Assembly: GCA_000165425.1 (NCBI GenBank)
Contig: CT868207.1
Span: 186,001 to 250,000, forward strand
From: Paramecium tetraurelia
Taxonomy: Eukaryota
Length of the DNA: 64,000 nt
Direction of reading: 5' to 3'
Positions within the stretch are counted from its first letter, which is position 1. The number at the start of each line of letters is the position of its first letter. Under the pieces are notes generated by a model. It was not told where the DNA came from and ran no database searches. It saw nothing but the letters and a program-made list of their open reading frames with translations. The position numbers and the translations under genes were made by a program. Below, piece after piece: positions 27,752 to 39,735 of the stretch.

Positions 27752-27900
27752 AAAGAACTGGATTTATTTATATCTATGTAAATTATAAATATTGATATCG
27801 AAATTAAATCAAGAAAGATTTTTTAGTATTTTCAATTTTATACTATTACATCAATTCAAATTATTAAAATACTTATGTTTGATAAATTTAAATTATTTCA

Positions 27901-28878
27901 ATGATGAGTAAAAAGAGTGAAAAAAAAAAATTATTGAAGATACAACCTTTGGTTTAAAGAATAAGAACAAAAGTAAATAAGTCCAAAAGTAATTCTATTA
28001 TTGATTTTAGTTTTTATAGGTGAAGCATAATGATGTTTCTTTGACAAAATTACATAAGAAGAATTTGAAAGAAAAAAAGATTAAGTAGTAATTTGAAGAG
28101 GAACAAAGATTGATACAATCCCTATATAAAACAGTGGAAAAAGGAAGAAGAATCTGAGGAGGAAATAAATCCAAAATCAATTCTATATGAATATTACAAA
28201 TAAGGTAGGTTGACATGATAAGGCTAGGACTATGTTAGAAGGGTAAGAAATGCATTTATTCTCATGATATAAGTTTGGAATAAAAATATGCAATACTTGA
28301 TTTATAAACTTTAGCAGATGGAATTTAACTAGGATATATCGGAATAATAAACCTCTTATACGTTTTCTCATTGCGATTACTTTTTGGACGCTTTAGAGAA
28401 AGGCAAATATAGATGAAAATGGAATGAAATGTCATTATAAGGTATGTATTTAGAAAGAAAGAAAGAAAGAAGAACCAAAACAAAGATAAGAAGGCGATCT
28501 AGAAGAAGAAATAGATGAATAAATTTAGTAGTTATAAAAGGGAAGAACTAAAATTATTAAGGAGGTTTTCGAAAAGTGTAAAGAGAGGGCTGAAAGAAAA
28601 AATTGGAAGCTGAAAATAAAAATTAGAAAAAAGGTAGAAAATTAGAAAACTATTTTAGGATCGAAATAATTCGTAAATGACAGGAAGGTCTTTATTTGTT
28701 AACGATCCTAGTTTGTTTATTGATGATGATGAAACAGAGAAAGGTTATGAGAGAGAGGAATAAATAGAAAAAATGATGAGGAAGATGAATAAAACAATAA
28801 ATAAAAATTATATGAAGGGAATGAAATTAATAATAGGATGAAGATGTTGATTAATTATTTAAGTAGTAATAATAATGA
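27901..28878 (+). pseudogene. ZC3H15: ZC3H15/DFRP1/Tma46 pseudogene
   Basis: IIEDTTFGLKNKNKSKQVQ, NPKSILYEYYKQGLCQKGKKCIYSHD, CDYFLDALEKGKY and MTGRSLFVNDPSLFIDDDE, interrupted by frameshifts, TGA stops and deletions. Confidence 0.85.
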
Positions 28879-28887
28879 TTAAAATAT

Positions 28888-29926
28888 TCATTATAATTCA
28901 TTATTTATCTATTCAAGTAATTTATCATTAATTAGAGTTGTTAATGGACTTAATTTGATGTCAGAAACTACTATGTCAGGATTACTCTTTTAAAGTTGAT
29001 TTTTTAGATCGATAATTTGTTGAATGTTAAACAATCCCTCAAATGATATTTTATACTCTGTATTATTATCAAATAAATTTTATGTTTCATTTTCAATCTA
29101 GTCAACACCATTATATGTTTGAACACTATTGAAATAAGAATTATGAAATGTAAAATTAGCAGCTACATCCATTGTCTCTTTTTCTATTCCTATATTAAGT
29201 ATAATATTGAATAAGTATAAAATGTGTTTTCTCTAGATTAATGATAATGTGTATTTAGTCGGAAATTAAGTTGGATTAGTTGGAAATAACACTGACAATG
29301 GAGTTTCAACACCTAAAACTGTAGACTCAATTTGTTTCTATTCTAAAAACTATGATTTCTAAAGTTATTTATTTAAAGCATCCTGTCTTGTGATAAAAAG
29401 ACAATATGGTATTTTCTAATTTGAATATGAAAAAAAAGCCAAAAATAATGCATTTGAAATCATGAAATAATTATTCGGGTTTTGTTTATATTCTTAAAAT
29501 ACATTAGTTAAGGTATAAAATAATTGTGTTTTATTTGAGAGGGTTGATGATGATTTTAGATTTAAAAGGCTCCATTCATTATCAGCAATTTTATTTCTTT
29601 TATCATAAACTTAAAATTGAGCGAAATGTTCTTGAAGTGGCAAAGATTTAAATTTAGTGGTAGAATTAAAAGTTACTTAAGTAACTACTGCGTATTTAGT
29701 TACCCCTTTTTCCATTACTTAACCAAGCTAATCTTTTCTAAATTGATTATTTCAAAATTTACTTTTATTGATTTACTTTTCTAACAGGAGTACGTGGATA
29801 ATAAGATTGAAATATTTGTGAAAAAGAATTCGAATTTGAATTGGGGGATGCGATTGGCTGGATAATATGTTTTGATTTTGGTGTTTAACATTGTGGTTAT
29901 GATGGTTATTATTATTTTTTTTTCAT
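28888..29926 (-). CDS. Putative divergent DONSON (downstream neighbour of SON) homologue
   Basis: One 25-nt intron. Collinear blocks YAVVTQVTFNSTTKF, FYTLTNVFQEYKQNPNNYFMISNALFLAFF, KHILYLFNYILN, VAANFTFHNS, YKISFEGLF, SPLTTLIN. The gene itself is well supported, and the family call is inference. Confidence 0.6.
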
Positions 29927-29994
29927 ATAAATCAAATATGAAATTAATATATAAAATATTAAAATAAATCAATGAAATAATACTAACCTTTGTA

Positions 29995-31431
29995 TCATCT
30001 TTCATCGCAGATACTATCTTCCTTAACATCCATATTGGCTTGAGGTTTTTGCGGGTTTTAAGAATTATTAATGATAATATCCCCAGCAGTAAGTTCATCA
30101 TGAGTAACAAATGAATCTTACATTTACTCTTATTGATCTAATTATGGTTTTGTTTCTATTTAAATCAATACTACATTATCAGGATGTTTGTATGCAGGTT
30201 TTTAATTTATTTTTTTTTTTTGAACACATTGTAATAAAACTCTTCCAGTTTAAAATAAGATTGGAGATTTTCCATCTTCTGGTATTACAAGCAAATCTTC
30301 ATCTTGAGCCAAAACCAAAGTTCCGAATTTACTTTTACAATCCTAAACTCTAATTATATAATCTGGATTTTCAGCTGTGTGTTTACTCGTTGGTATCAAT
30401 TTCATCATAGCATGGGATCGAGAAACGGAGATATCCCTCAATTTAATATCACAATCTGGAATTCTACCCTAGATTTATTAGGAATCAATAGTTACAATTT
30501 TCAATTCTGTCTTTTCACCTATTTCAACTACGTAGATCATAGCCTCTTTCGATTTATCATCATTGGTGATTTTGAAAGTTATATAAGAGGATTTTGGCTT
30601 TGGCAATTTGAGAACTGAGTAACTCTTATCTTAAAAGGTGTAAGTATTTCTAAATGTGAACTTGCAAATTTCGCAATCCAATCTTTTACAAAGATATTAG
30701 ATGAAATGTTCACCTTATTTAATTTTTAGTTAAATTCCTATCCATTTTTATAAGCATTCCAAATGAATGTATTTTACTGATCCCTCACATTTACATGGAC
30801 TTATCAAAGGGTTTGTTTCACTTGCCTTACTTGAAAAGCATATTCTGCAACTGGCAACATCACTAATTGTTTAAATATCCTCCTCCTACTCATCTTGATA
30901 CTGGGTTGCCTCATCACAAGTAGGCATGAATGCATATTCTAATAATTGCATCCTTACTCGTCCCAACTTTACTATATCTCCAATTTTTAAATCCAAATGC
31001 TTTATATTTATGAAACATCTTACATCTATCGATTAAAACTAATTGGCCTCTGATTTCAACACTGCCCATAATTTATGATCTTGTTATTAGGATATGCTGT
31101 TAATAAAAGCTTATTATTCGTTTAATGTAATATTTGCTATTTCAATCGAGTTACGAGCCCATTCACTTTTCGTCAAAGCCACAAGTTCCTTATCCACTGT
31201 TGCTAATTGAGCTAAAATAATAGATTTCACTATAAATTACCTGAAAAATCAACCTCTATCTCCTTCACACAATACGAACTGGACTCGAAATCAAATAAGT
31301 TGTGCTAATTCTTCGGCCAAATTATTGCCATTATGTGAACTCTAAACCGTTACTTATAAACTTTACTTATATGGCATCAATGTTCTTACAATCTCATATC
31401 TCTTTTGCTTGGTTGATGTACAAGCTCCCAT
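29995..31431 (-). CDS. N-acylated FHA-like / RINGv / FHA E3 ligase (paralogue of 1602-3210)
   Basis: Starts MGACTS. Has WPKNQHNLFDFES, LKIGDIVKLGRVRMQL, RINGv CRICFSSKASETNPLISPCKCEGSVKYIHLECLQKW, and FHA LRDISVSRSHA. Confidence 0.88.
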
Positions 31432-31630
31432 TAAATAAATTATTTATTAATTATATTTATATAGAAGCATACTAAATTGTCCCCTATTAATATCATCCAA
31501 TTATTTCTAGCTCTAAGTTCTACATATTTATATATAATTAACCACATCAGATTACAAACTTTAAAAATCAGATAGAATAGTATAAATAATATTTATGATA
31601 AATATTTTCAAAATACTGAGAAAATTATAA

Positions 31631-33548
31631 ATGGCTTATAAATAATTTTATAGTCAATAACATAACTAGTTACCTAGTCAAATTTTTTTCAATATTATAG
31701 ATTGAAATAAGTTACCTATCAAGAAATTATAATTTAAAATTTATTCCTTTATTCTTAAAATATTCCTGTATCAAATTACAGAATTAATTACGAAATGCGA
31801 GTAAATAAATAAGAATTACATAAAAATTTATGTTTCTCCATTTACAACTAAACCATCCTATTCCTTAATTTCAGCTTTGAAATATTTACTTATTTAACAA
31901 TTATATTTTGACTGCTTTTTTATTTTGATTTACTCCAAATTAGTTATTTTGGAAAGTTCTCCTTGTTCTTCAGTCCTCTTAATTGATTTTTAATTTGACT
32001 TCCTCAAATAAATTGCCTTCCACTTTATTCGAAGCCAATTATAACTGATAATAGTTAATAATATTTAGTCTCAAAAAATTTTCACGCTCATTTATAAAAT
32101 AGTTTGGTTTTTAAGGGAACCAATTAAGACAACGATTTTTTACCCTTATTTTCTCTTTTTGATAAATAATAAAATAGATTATGCTTGACTAACAGAACTA
32201 CTTCTAAATGATTATTAATTAAAAGTTTGATACTGGAGTATTCATGATTTTTATTAAATTAGTAGAATTTGAAATATATTATCTAACCTTTATTCAAATT
32301 AAGATGAATACTCAAATTCTCATAGTCACCATGATTTAAAATGCCTTATATGATGGCATCTATAAATTCTATAAGAATAAGGATATTGAACATTACTTTA
32401 AATTTTCTGAAATTTTACTGGATTTTTAATTTCTATTTCTTTTGACAGTGAATTTATTGATTTACATTTTTAAAAAGAATAAAAAAGATATCTTTAATAA
32501 ACTGTAATGACAGAAACAGAACTTTACTTTGATAATCAATTATGATTTTAATTTTATTGGAGTCATTATAACAATAATATTATCAGTTTATGCACACATT
32601 TTATAAACAACTATTTTCTGATGGTAATAATTAGCTTCATAAAGCGCTTTTTCATCTAATTTATTATAAAATCCTTTCACAACTTATACCATTTGATATT
32701 TTTTATAAATTGAATTAGTTGTTATAATGATATAGCTCATTCCGATTCTAATACTTTTTTGAGAATAACCTCTTAGTTTTTATTCATAATTCTTATTTCT
32801 CCTTATGTTTAGTAAAAATACAATATATAAATACAAAATTCAGGGATCTTTTATAAACAAACATTATTATAAATTTAGGAAATATTTTACAATTGATATA
32901 GTTGTCTATTGTAACTTAAAGGTGAATATAAAAAAATGAAAAACATATTAATACTGTTAAAAATTTTATGGACAAATAAAAAAGCGAATTATATGATACT
33001 GCCTTGTTTAAGAAATTTCAAGAATGTTTGGAAAGTAAAAATGAACTTGAAATATATCAAAATACTCACACTGATAAATTTTATAAAGCAATGCCTTGTA
33101 CTATTAAACCCAGAAAAATAAAAAACAATCCTTTAATGATGGCATAAATGCTTGTAAACAATAGTCAAATTGAATTAGTCCAAAAAAATAGTTTATAAGG
33201 AATAAAATTCGTCAATGGAAATCAATTAATAGGAAAGCAATAGAACCAGAGGATGTCCAAGGTTTTCATCACCTTCTAGAAATGACGAAAGATAACAATA
33301 AATAAGATCTTTAATTATTTCAAGAAGAGAAAAATAAAGATGCCCTAGCATCAAATAAGATGTATTTAAAGAAGCAAATGTTTAATTGAATCACAATATT
33401 TTTGATCAACCAAAAAAAATAAGAACACCCAAATATACAAGAGCAGAACTCTATTTTAGCTATCAATTAAGAGATAGTCTGAGAACTCCAAGAAGTGGAC
33501 TTACAATTCCTTAATATTTGGCTGGCAAAATTAAATCTATAAAGTGAT
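31631..33548 (+). pseudogene. Probable decayed gene (possibly membrane protein)
   Basis: About 1.9 kb with no continuous code-6 frame in an otherwise tightly packed region. Coding-like patches and a coding-like 3' end (RTPRSGLTIPQYLAGKIKSIK-TGA). Confidence 0.4.
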
Positions 33549-33625
33549 GACGGTCGCTTTGATTTCTAAATTATTTATAAATAACATATTTCTTAATTTT
33601 TATACATAAAAACAGAATAACACAA

Positions 33626-35116
33626 TCATTTTAACAATTGATTTCTTATTTAAGGGTCTAAAAATTATATGCTAGTCATAACTTAAGTAATCTTTTAAGG
33701 AAATTACTACTTTGTTTATTCTAAGACAAATTTCCAAGTATCTACATTTGGATGATATTCTGTTAATTTAATTAGTTGCACAAAATCTAATTTTCTTAAT
33801 TTATGATATTTCAAAGGACAAAATTATTTCTGCTTTTCCAACCAATTAAGAAGCTATTATTATTCCTCTTAATTGAGTAATGGATAATATTCATCTAAGA
33901 ACAATTCAAATAATTCTGTTTATCCTAAAAGACATTATTTAGCAATATCAAACGAGAACTCCTTTTTGTGTAAATGTACTAATAATAGTAATATTTCAAG
34001 TAATTCTTTTTTATTTTTTAATTTTGAAATTTCTGATACATTTATTTACTCAATCTATAAATATCCTTTTTAAACAAGTTAAATTTTTAATTTTATTGAT
34101 TTATTTTTTGTTTCTGCTAATAGAATTGGTTATAATTCTGGCTATGAAAAAGCAAGTGACCAAAAACTATCCAAAGAATCTGCTTTTTCTTTAAATAATT
34201 ATGATAATTCATCTTAGTAATCAACATTGAGTTCTTTTAACTTATCAAAAACCTCAGGATCATTTTAATTTTCAATAAGAAATTGAGTTATTTTATCCGA
34301 ATTATCTAATTATTTTGTTGTTTCATAAACTTCTTCAGCCAATTCATTTTGATTATGTCTAAGTAAAATCTTTTTGAATAATTTTCTTAACTCAGTATTA
34401 TCACAGTTTTCAAATGCCAATTAAATAATTTATTTAATTCCTTCAAGTTTTTTCGATTTAATTTGAGTAATTGGTTCCACTGTATTCAAAGGCATAAATC
34501 CATCAGTATTTTTGATTTCCTCCTTCTACTCTTGTCCAACTTGCAATTGATTCAATTCAATTCAAAATCTAAATAACTTCCCCATAGATCGATATTTTTA
34601 TTGTTAATTCTTAAGGCCTGGTAAAATATTTTCCTTGCTTTAATTGGATTGTGAGCTTTTTCTAATTCAAAGAGAGCACCTGCCAACCATAGATCAGTAT
34701 TGAATGGATTGAAATTCAAGGCTTTTGTTATAACTTTAAAGAAGTGTTTTTTGGATTCAATGATATAACAAAAACTCAAATATTGTTTCCACAAATCGAT
34801 ATTGTAGCGATATTTATTCATGATCCTATCCCAAATATAAATTATTCTTTTCACAATGGCATAATCCCTAGTAGTAACCTTCTTTATTTAACGTTCCTTA
34901 TTTCGTTGTCTTCTGAGTCTTTCCAACCCGTATTCATAGTCGAGTAATTACATGTAATTGCTTAGATTGTGTGTTCTACGCTATAACATGTATTCGAATT
35001 CTTCCCTTTTGTGGAGGATGTCTCTTGACTTCATCCTTAGAGAATACCTGTTTTTTTTAGAGAGCCAGGAGATCAGGAATAAACTTTTCTAAAGTGTACC
35101 TAATTTTGTCAGCCAT
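33626..35116 (-). pseudogene. UTP6: UTP6 (U3 snoRNP HAT-repeat protein) with two frameshifts
   Basis: MADKIRYTLEKFIPDLLALQKKQVFSKDEV / RDILHKREEFEYMLQRR...YEYGLERLRRQR, then HAT repeats. Extra base at about 35025 and a TTGAA duplication at 34551-34565. Confidence 0.8.
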
Positions 35117-35132
35117 TAATTAAATAAAATAT

Positions 35133-36429
35133 ATGATTGCCAAAAAATCAGAAAATACTCTTCTCATAATTTTAAGGTATTTTCGTGAGGGGAAATGCTT
35201 AGAGGCAATGAGTTGTTTGAAACGTATATTTGCTGGAAAAGAATAAAGTCTATTAGGATTGGATTTAGAATAAACTTTGAAACAATTGAGATTAGAAAAT
35301 GATTCAGAAGCATGCAAGAAATTAAATGAAAATGCTCGTTTAAGTCATCCAGGATGGGTTGACCTCCTATGCAGTTTACTCTTATATTATGTAGAGAGAG
35401 AAAGAGGAAGTGCTCATGTTATAGATCATTTTGAAAATCTTTTTAAAAATACGAAGTGGCTTCTAGATGAGTAACGTTAATAAATATTTCAATTTTTGTG
35501 TAAGCAAGTTGTTAGTGAACAATATAAGATCGTATAGATCATGAAAAGAAAAGCAAAGGATTCTGAAGCTGTAAAAAGAGCCTCTCATGCTTAAGAGACT
35601 TTGGAGAGCAAAAGCTTACAAATATTCTAAGAAATTGGAAGGGAGGTCAATACAAAGAACATGTAAAAACTTAAATTGCTGAATGCTAATTAATAAATGA
35701 AGATTTATTTTAAAGGCTTTAAATTTGATAGAGCTGCTGATTGTGATAAAGTTGAAAAAGAATAAAATCTTCTTTTCACCTCTCCTAAACAGGATTAAGT
35801 TACTTATCATTATTATAAGGGTAGAATCCTTATCTTTCATTCTAAATTTGTAGATGCATCATAACATTTAACTCAAGTTTTATAGGAATGTCCAAGAACA
35901 TAGAAAGGAATATCATGTGCTAAACAAGTATTAAAATACTTAATTCCCATCAATATGTTTATGGGAAGATATCCAAAAAAAGAATTGATTGAATAATTTA
36001 AAGAATATGATTAATTATGCACATGTGTAAGATAAGGAAATATTGCAGGATTATAAGAAGCCATTGATAAATACAGATAAATTTGGATTAAGAGAAGTCT
36101 ATTAATTTTGATGGATCAATTGAAAGTGCTCTGCTATAGGAATTTATGCAGAAAAGTTTGGTTGATCAATTAAAAGAGCAATAAAATATTGTTGAATCAA
36201 TTTTAAAAAGTACTTTAATTACTATATAGTAAATCAGGCATTTCAAATATCACATCCTATGAATAGCAACCCTACTTTATCTGAAGTATGTTGCATAATA
36301 GCCAACTTAATATATTTATAATTAATATAAGGCCAAATATATTTGAATAATGTAAAAGATGTTTATGCTATCACTCTCAGTCCAGACCCTTTTAAAAATA
36401 GACCACATGAAATTAATTGGTAAAATTGA
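35133..36429 (+). CDS. PCID2: PCI-domain protein PCID2/Thp1 (TREX-2)
   Basis: SYHYYKGRILIF, VLKYLIPINMFMGRYP, CVRQGNIAG, LKVLCYRNLCRKVW, EVCCIIANLIYLQLIQGQI. One 28-nt intron. Confidence 0.88.
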
Positions 36430-36445
36430 TATCTGTATTATATTA

Positions 36446-37757
36446 TCAACAATCACATCCAATCAGTTTGATTTCTGTTTTGAATAAATCTGTGAATTGT
36501 TTCTCTGTAAACTATTTCATCTTTCTAACCTAACTTTGTAAATCTCTTAATTAGTTCTATAGTTTGAATTATTCAGATTTCAAATCAGCTATTTTGTTTT
36601 AGGAATGAATAATGTTCGATTCACTCTTTTTAATTGAAATAGCATATTCTTCCAGATTTTTAATGATTCTCTATTGAGTTCTAAATTTACTATATTATTT
36701 ACTTAACAGATGATTTCAATTGCAAAAGTTATCTAAGCCAAGGACTAATCAGTTTGTCTAATAACTAATGCAAGACATTCAAATAACTTGATATTTCTTA
36801 TTATGATAGTTCAAATAGTTTGTTCTGAGCATCAAAATTAACTAGAGTTTAATCTTATTTTAGTTATTCCAATCTTGCTTGATAAAATCCGATTAACTAA
36901 AATTTTATTTATACTATATTACTTCGTTTAAATTAATGATAAGATTGCTTCTAAATTATGTATTCAATAGTTCACTGTCGGGAATATTTACTTATTAAGG
37001 TTAGATATATTTCATCCAATCAATCTCTTCTGTTTTAGGAGCTTCAATGATTTCCCAATCTAATGGTTTTTAATTCCCCTTCAACACAAAGGATTCCAGA
37101 TGTGTTATTATGTTGGATTTATCCAAAGAGGGGTTAGTGTAGACAGAAAACTATCTGTAATATTCAATGCTATTTAAAATGGATTGATTGTTTAATGCTA
37201 ATTATTCGATTTCTTAGAACAAAGGTGGAATTTACAGTATCATATTAGGAACTTCCTCCTCAATATTTTAGCCTTCAATTCCATACTTCTTACATTGTTT
37301 TTCAAATTATAACTTATAATTCTGTATTTAGACTTAGGAATCTATAATCCTTTGCTCTGTGGATGATAATTATTAATCATTCAATATTAATTACTTTTTA
37401 ATTCCTGGTCTTAAATTAAATAAAAATTTACATGTCATATGTCAAAACTTATACTAAAGCCTGTCCCATATTTATTAGGTGTAGATTTTCTTTTTAATAG
37501 AGCTTAAGTAAATTCTCCATTGTTTTTATGGATTTAGATGAGAAGCCTCCAAAAATCGTTTTTTGTGCCCCCTCATCTGAGTTCTTCAATTTTTCTAATT
37601 CTTCAGAACAATCTTGAAAAGTGTATGTGCTTTTGCTTTCTCCTAAAATTTCTATTTGTTTTAATTGTAGAGCTTTATATTTTTTTGACCATTCTTAGCT
37701 TAATTTGTTTCTTTCTTATAACCATTAAGGAATTCGTTTATAATCAATATCGATCAT
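36446..37757 (-). CDS. CDK5RAP3: CDK5RAP3/C53 (UFMylation / ER-phagy adaptor)
   Basis: MIDIDYKRIPQWLQERNKLSQEW, KTIFGGFSSKSIK...LYQKENLHL...TYDIPGIKKQ, LLNTQFRSNLIINLNELIGFYQAR. Confidence 0.88.
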
Positions 37758-38016
37758 AATAATTAAAATAATTAATGTAAAAAGGCATTAAATTTATTCA
37801 TATAAAAATGTTTAAGATTGTTAAAGCAGATTTTTGCATAGATAAGTGGAAATGTTAAGAATTTAGATCATAATATTTGTAGAATATATATAATAATATT
37901 TAAATATGATATTGAAAAAATCATCATTGGAATTAATAAATATTTCGATTTTTAAATGAATAAACATAGAGCTTGATGTGATGAATTTATATATATGTAA
38001 AATTTATTTTAATGAT

Positions 38017-39188
38017 TCAATCTTATTCTGATAATTAAATTAAGTATCCCTAGTCCCATTTGCCTTTGATGACTTATCCATCAAGATTTGTGAATTCTCC
38101 ATCACCATGTATCATCCCATCCTCGAATTCTCCAAAATATTGTTCATTATTTGTTAAGATTAGTGTTCCTTATCCATGCATCTTTCCTTGTGAAAAGTTT
38201 CCTATAGAATTATTAGTATATGTACCTTCATAAGATGCCCATCCATTGCCAATAGTTGTCATATTATTCCAATCAATTTGTTCTGTCAATTCTTCAGTTT
38301 GAAGATTTGTCAGTCTTCCTTAACCATCATATAAGTTGTCCTTCCAATATCCAGCATATATTTATTGTCCATCTGAATCTGTTAAAATACCAAATCCACT
38401 TCTTGTCTATGGAGGATAACCCTATCCTCTATAAATAAAGCCATCTTCATATTACAATGCCAATTCTAAAGATATATGTATGTTTGTATGTACCTTAGAG
38501 ATCGCCATCCTCTGCTTCATGATTTTCTTGATTGGTTTAACGACCTTTGCTGCCGGAATCATCAACTGTGTATTTTTTGATGATTTCTTCTGTGCTTTTG
38601 AGAGCATTTTAGTATCTCTTATCCAAATCATCTTCTTTTTTGGGTGGTTAGGTTGGCTATTATTTTTATTTAGAAGCCTAAGGTTATTGCTTTTATTAAT
38701 TTGGCTTGGGTTATGGTGAATCTAAAGTATTTGATATAAAAAAAACATTATTTTTGATTTTGGGGTGGTTAAGGTTGCTACTGTTAGGCATTACGAATGC
38801 GTTCTTGTACTTATTCATAAGTAAGAAATTATCTATTTGGGGATTGCAACTGAGGAGCTGGCGATTTGGGCACTTGTTGAGATTGCATCAACACATTTCT
38901 GGATGGGGACTAAGCTCCTTTCAAACGATCGGGAGATTAGAATTATCGTTAAGGGGAAGCCATAATTTAACTTAACATTGGCTGTGGCTGGTAGGTAGGT
39001 GGTATGATGGATGAAGCGTATGGATTGTATGGATAAGTTGGCGGGGGTATTCTTAATCCTGGATAGGGATATTGAGGAGCATTATAAACAGGTGGTCTCC
39101 ATTACTATGGTACTTATGGACGTACACCATAGGGTTAATACCTGTATTATGGATATGCTTATGGGTAATAGGGCTAAGGATAATACAT
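38017..39188 (-). CDS. MORN-repeat protein with Pro/Tyr/Gln-rich N-terminus
   Basis: YAGYWKDNLYDGQG, YEGNFSQGKMHGQG, YFGEFEDGMIHGDG, and an N-terminus MYYPQPYYPQAYPQY. Confidence 0.88.
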
Positions 39189-39208
39189 TTTAATTTAAAT
39201 CTTAATTA

Positions 39209-39565
39209 ATGAAATAGATGAGAGATCGTTCATCATCTGAAGACAACAATTATCCCAAAGGATCTTCTAGTGCTAAAAAGTAATAAGTCTAAAAGAACAA
39301 GTAGAACAACTACACTTTTGAAGACGGGCAGTATTTTTTTGAAGTAAATACTGATTTTTTACTAAATTTTAAGTTAACTTCATTTAAGAAAGTATCTGTA
39401 TCTAAGTTCAAAGGGAATGTGATAATAAGTATAAGAGAGTTCTTTAGTAAGGATGGATAGTCGTTACCAACCAAGAAAGGAATAACTTTGCAACTAGATA
39501 ATTGGGAGAAATTCAAGCAATATATAGCTGAAATCGATGAATGTGTAAATAAATTAAAAAAATGA
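39209..39565 (+). CDS. SUB1: PC4/Sub1 ssDNA-binding transcriptional coactivator
   Basis: FELTSFKKVSVSKFKGNVIISIREFFSKDGQSLPTKKGITLQLDNWEKFKQYIAEIDE after a 30-nt intron. Confidence 0.93.
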
Positions 39566-39735
39566 AAACTGAAAAAATATATATATATATATGATATTGC
39601 TTTTATTAATCACATTTCATATAAATACACAATTATTTGTGGTTATTTTATGTTGAAATATTTTAGATACATAGAAATATGGTATTTAAACAATTAATTA
39701 TAAATGATTTATTAATAAATTGTCCATCAATTATA

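Noticed and set aside
34552..34554. In-frame TGA as selenocysteine or readthrough
   Set aside because: It arises from a 5-nt duplication that also shifts the frame, so readthrough would not restore the protein.
35029..35047. A 19-nt GT-AG intron, or Euplotes-style +1 programmed frameshift, rescuing UTP6
   Set aside because: The intron would be shorter than any other seen here and would delete the conserved VFSKDEV segment. The shift site is not an AAA-stop context, and the second lesion at 34551-34565 would remain.
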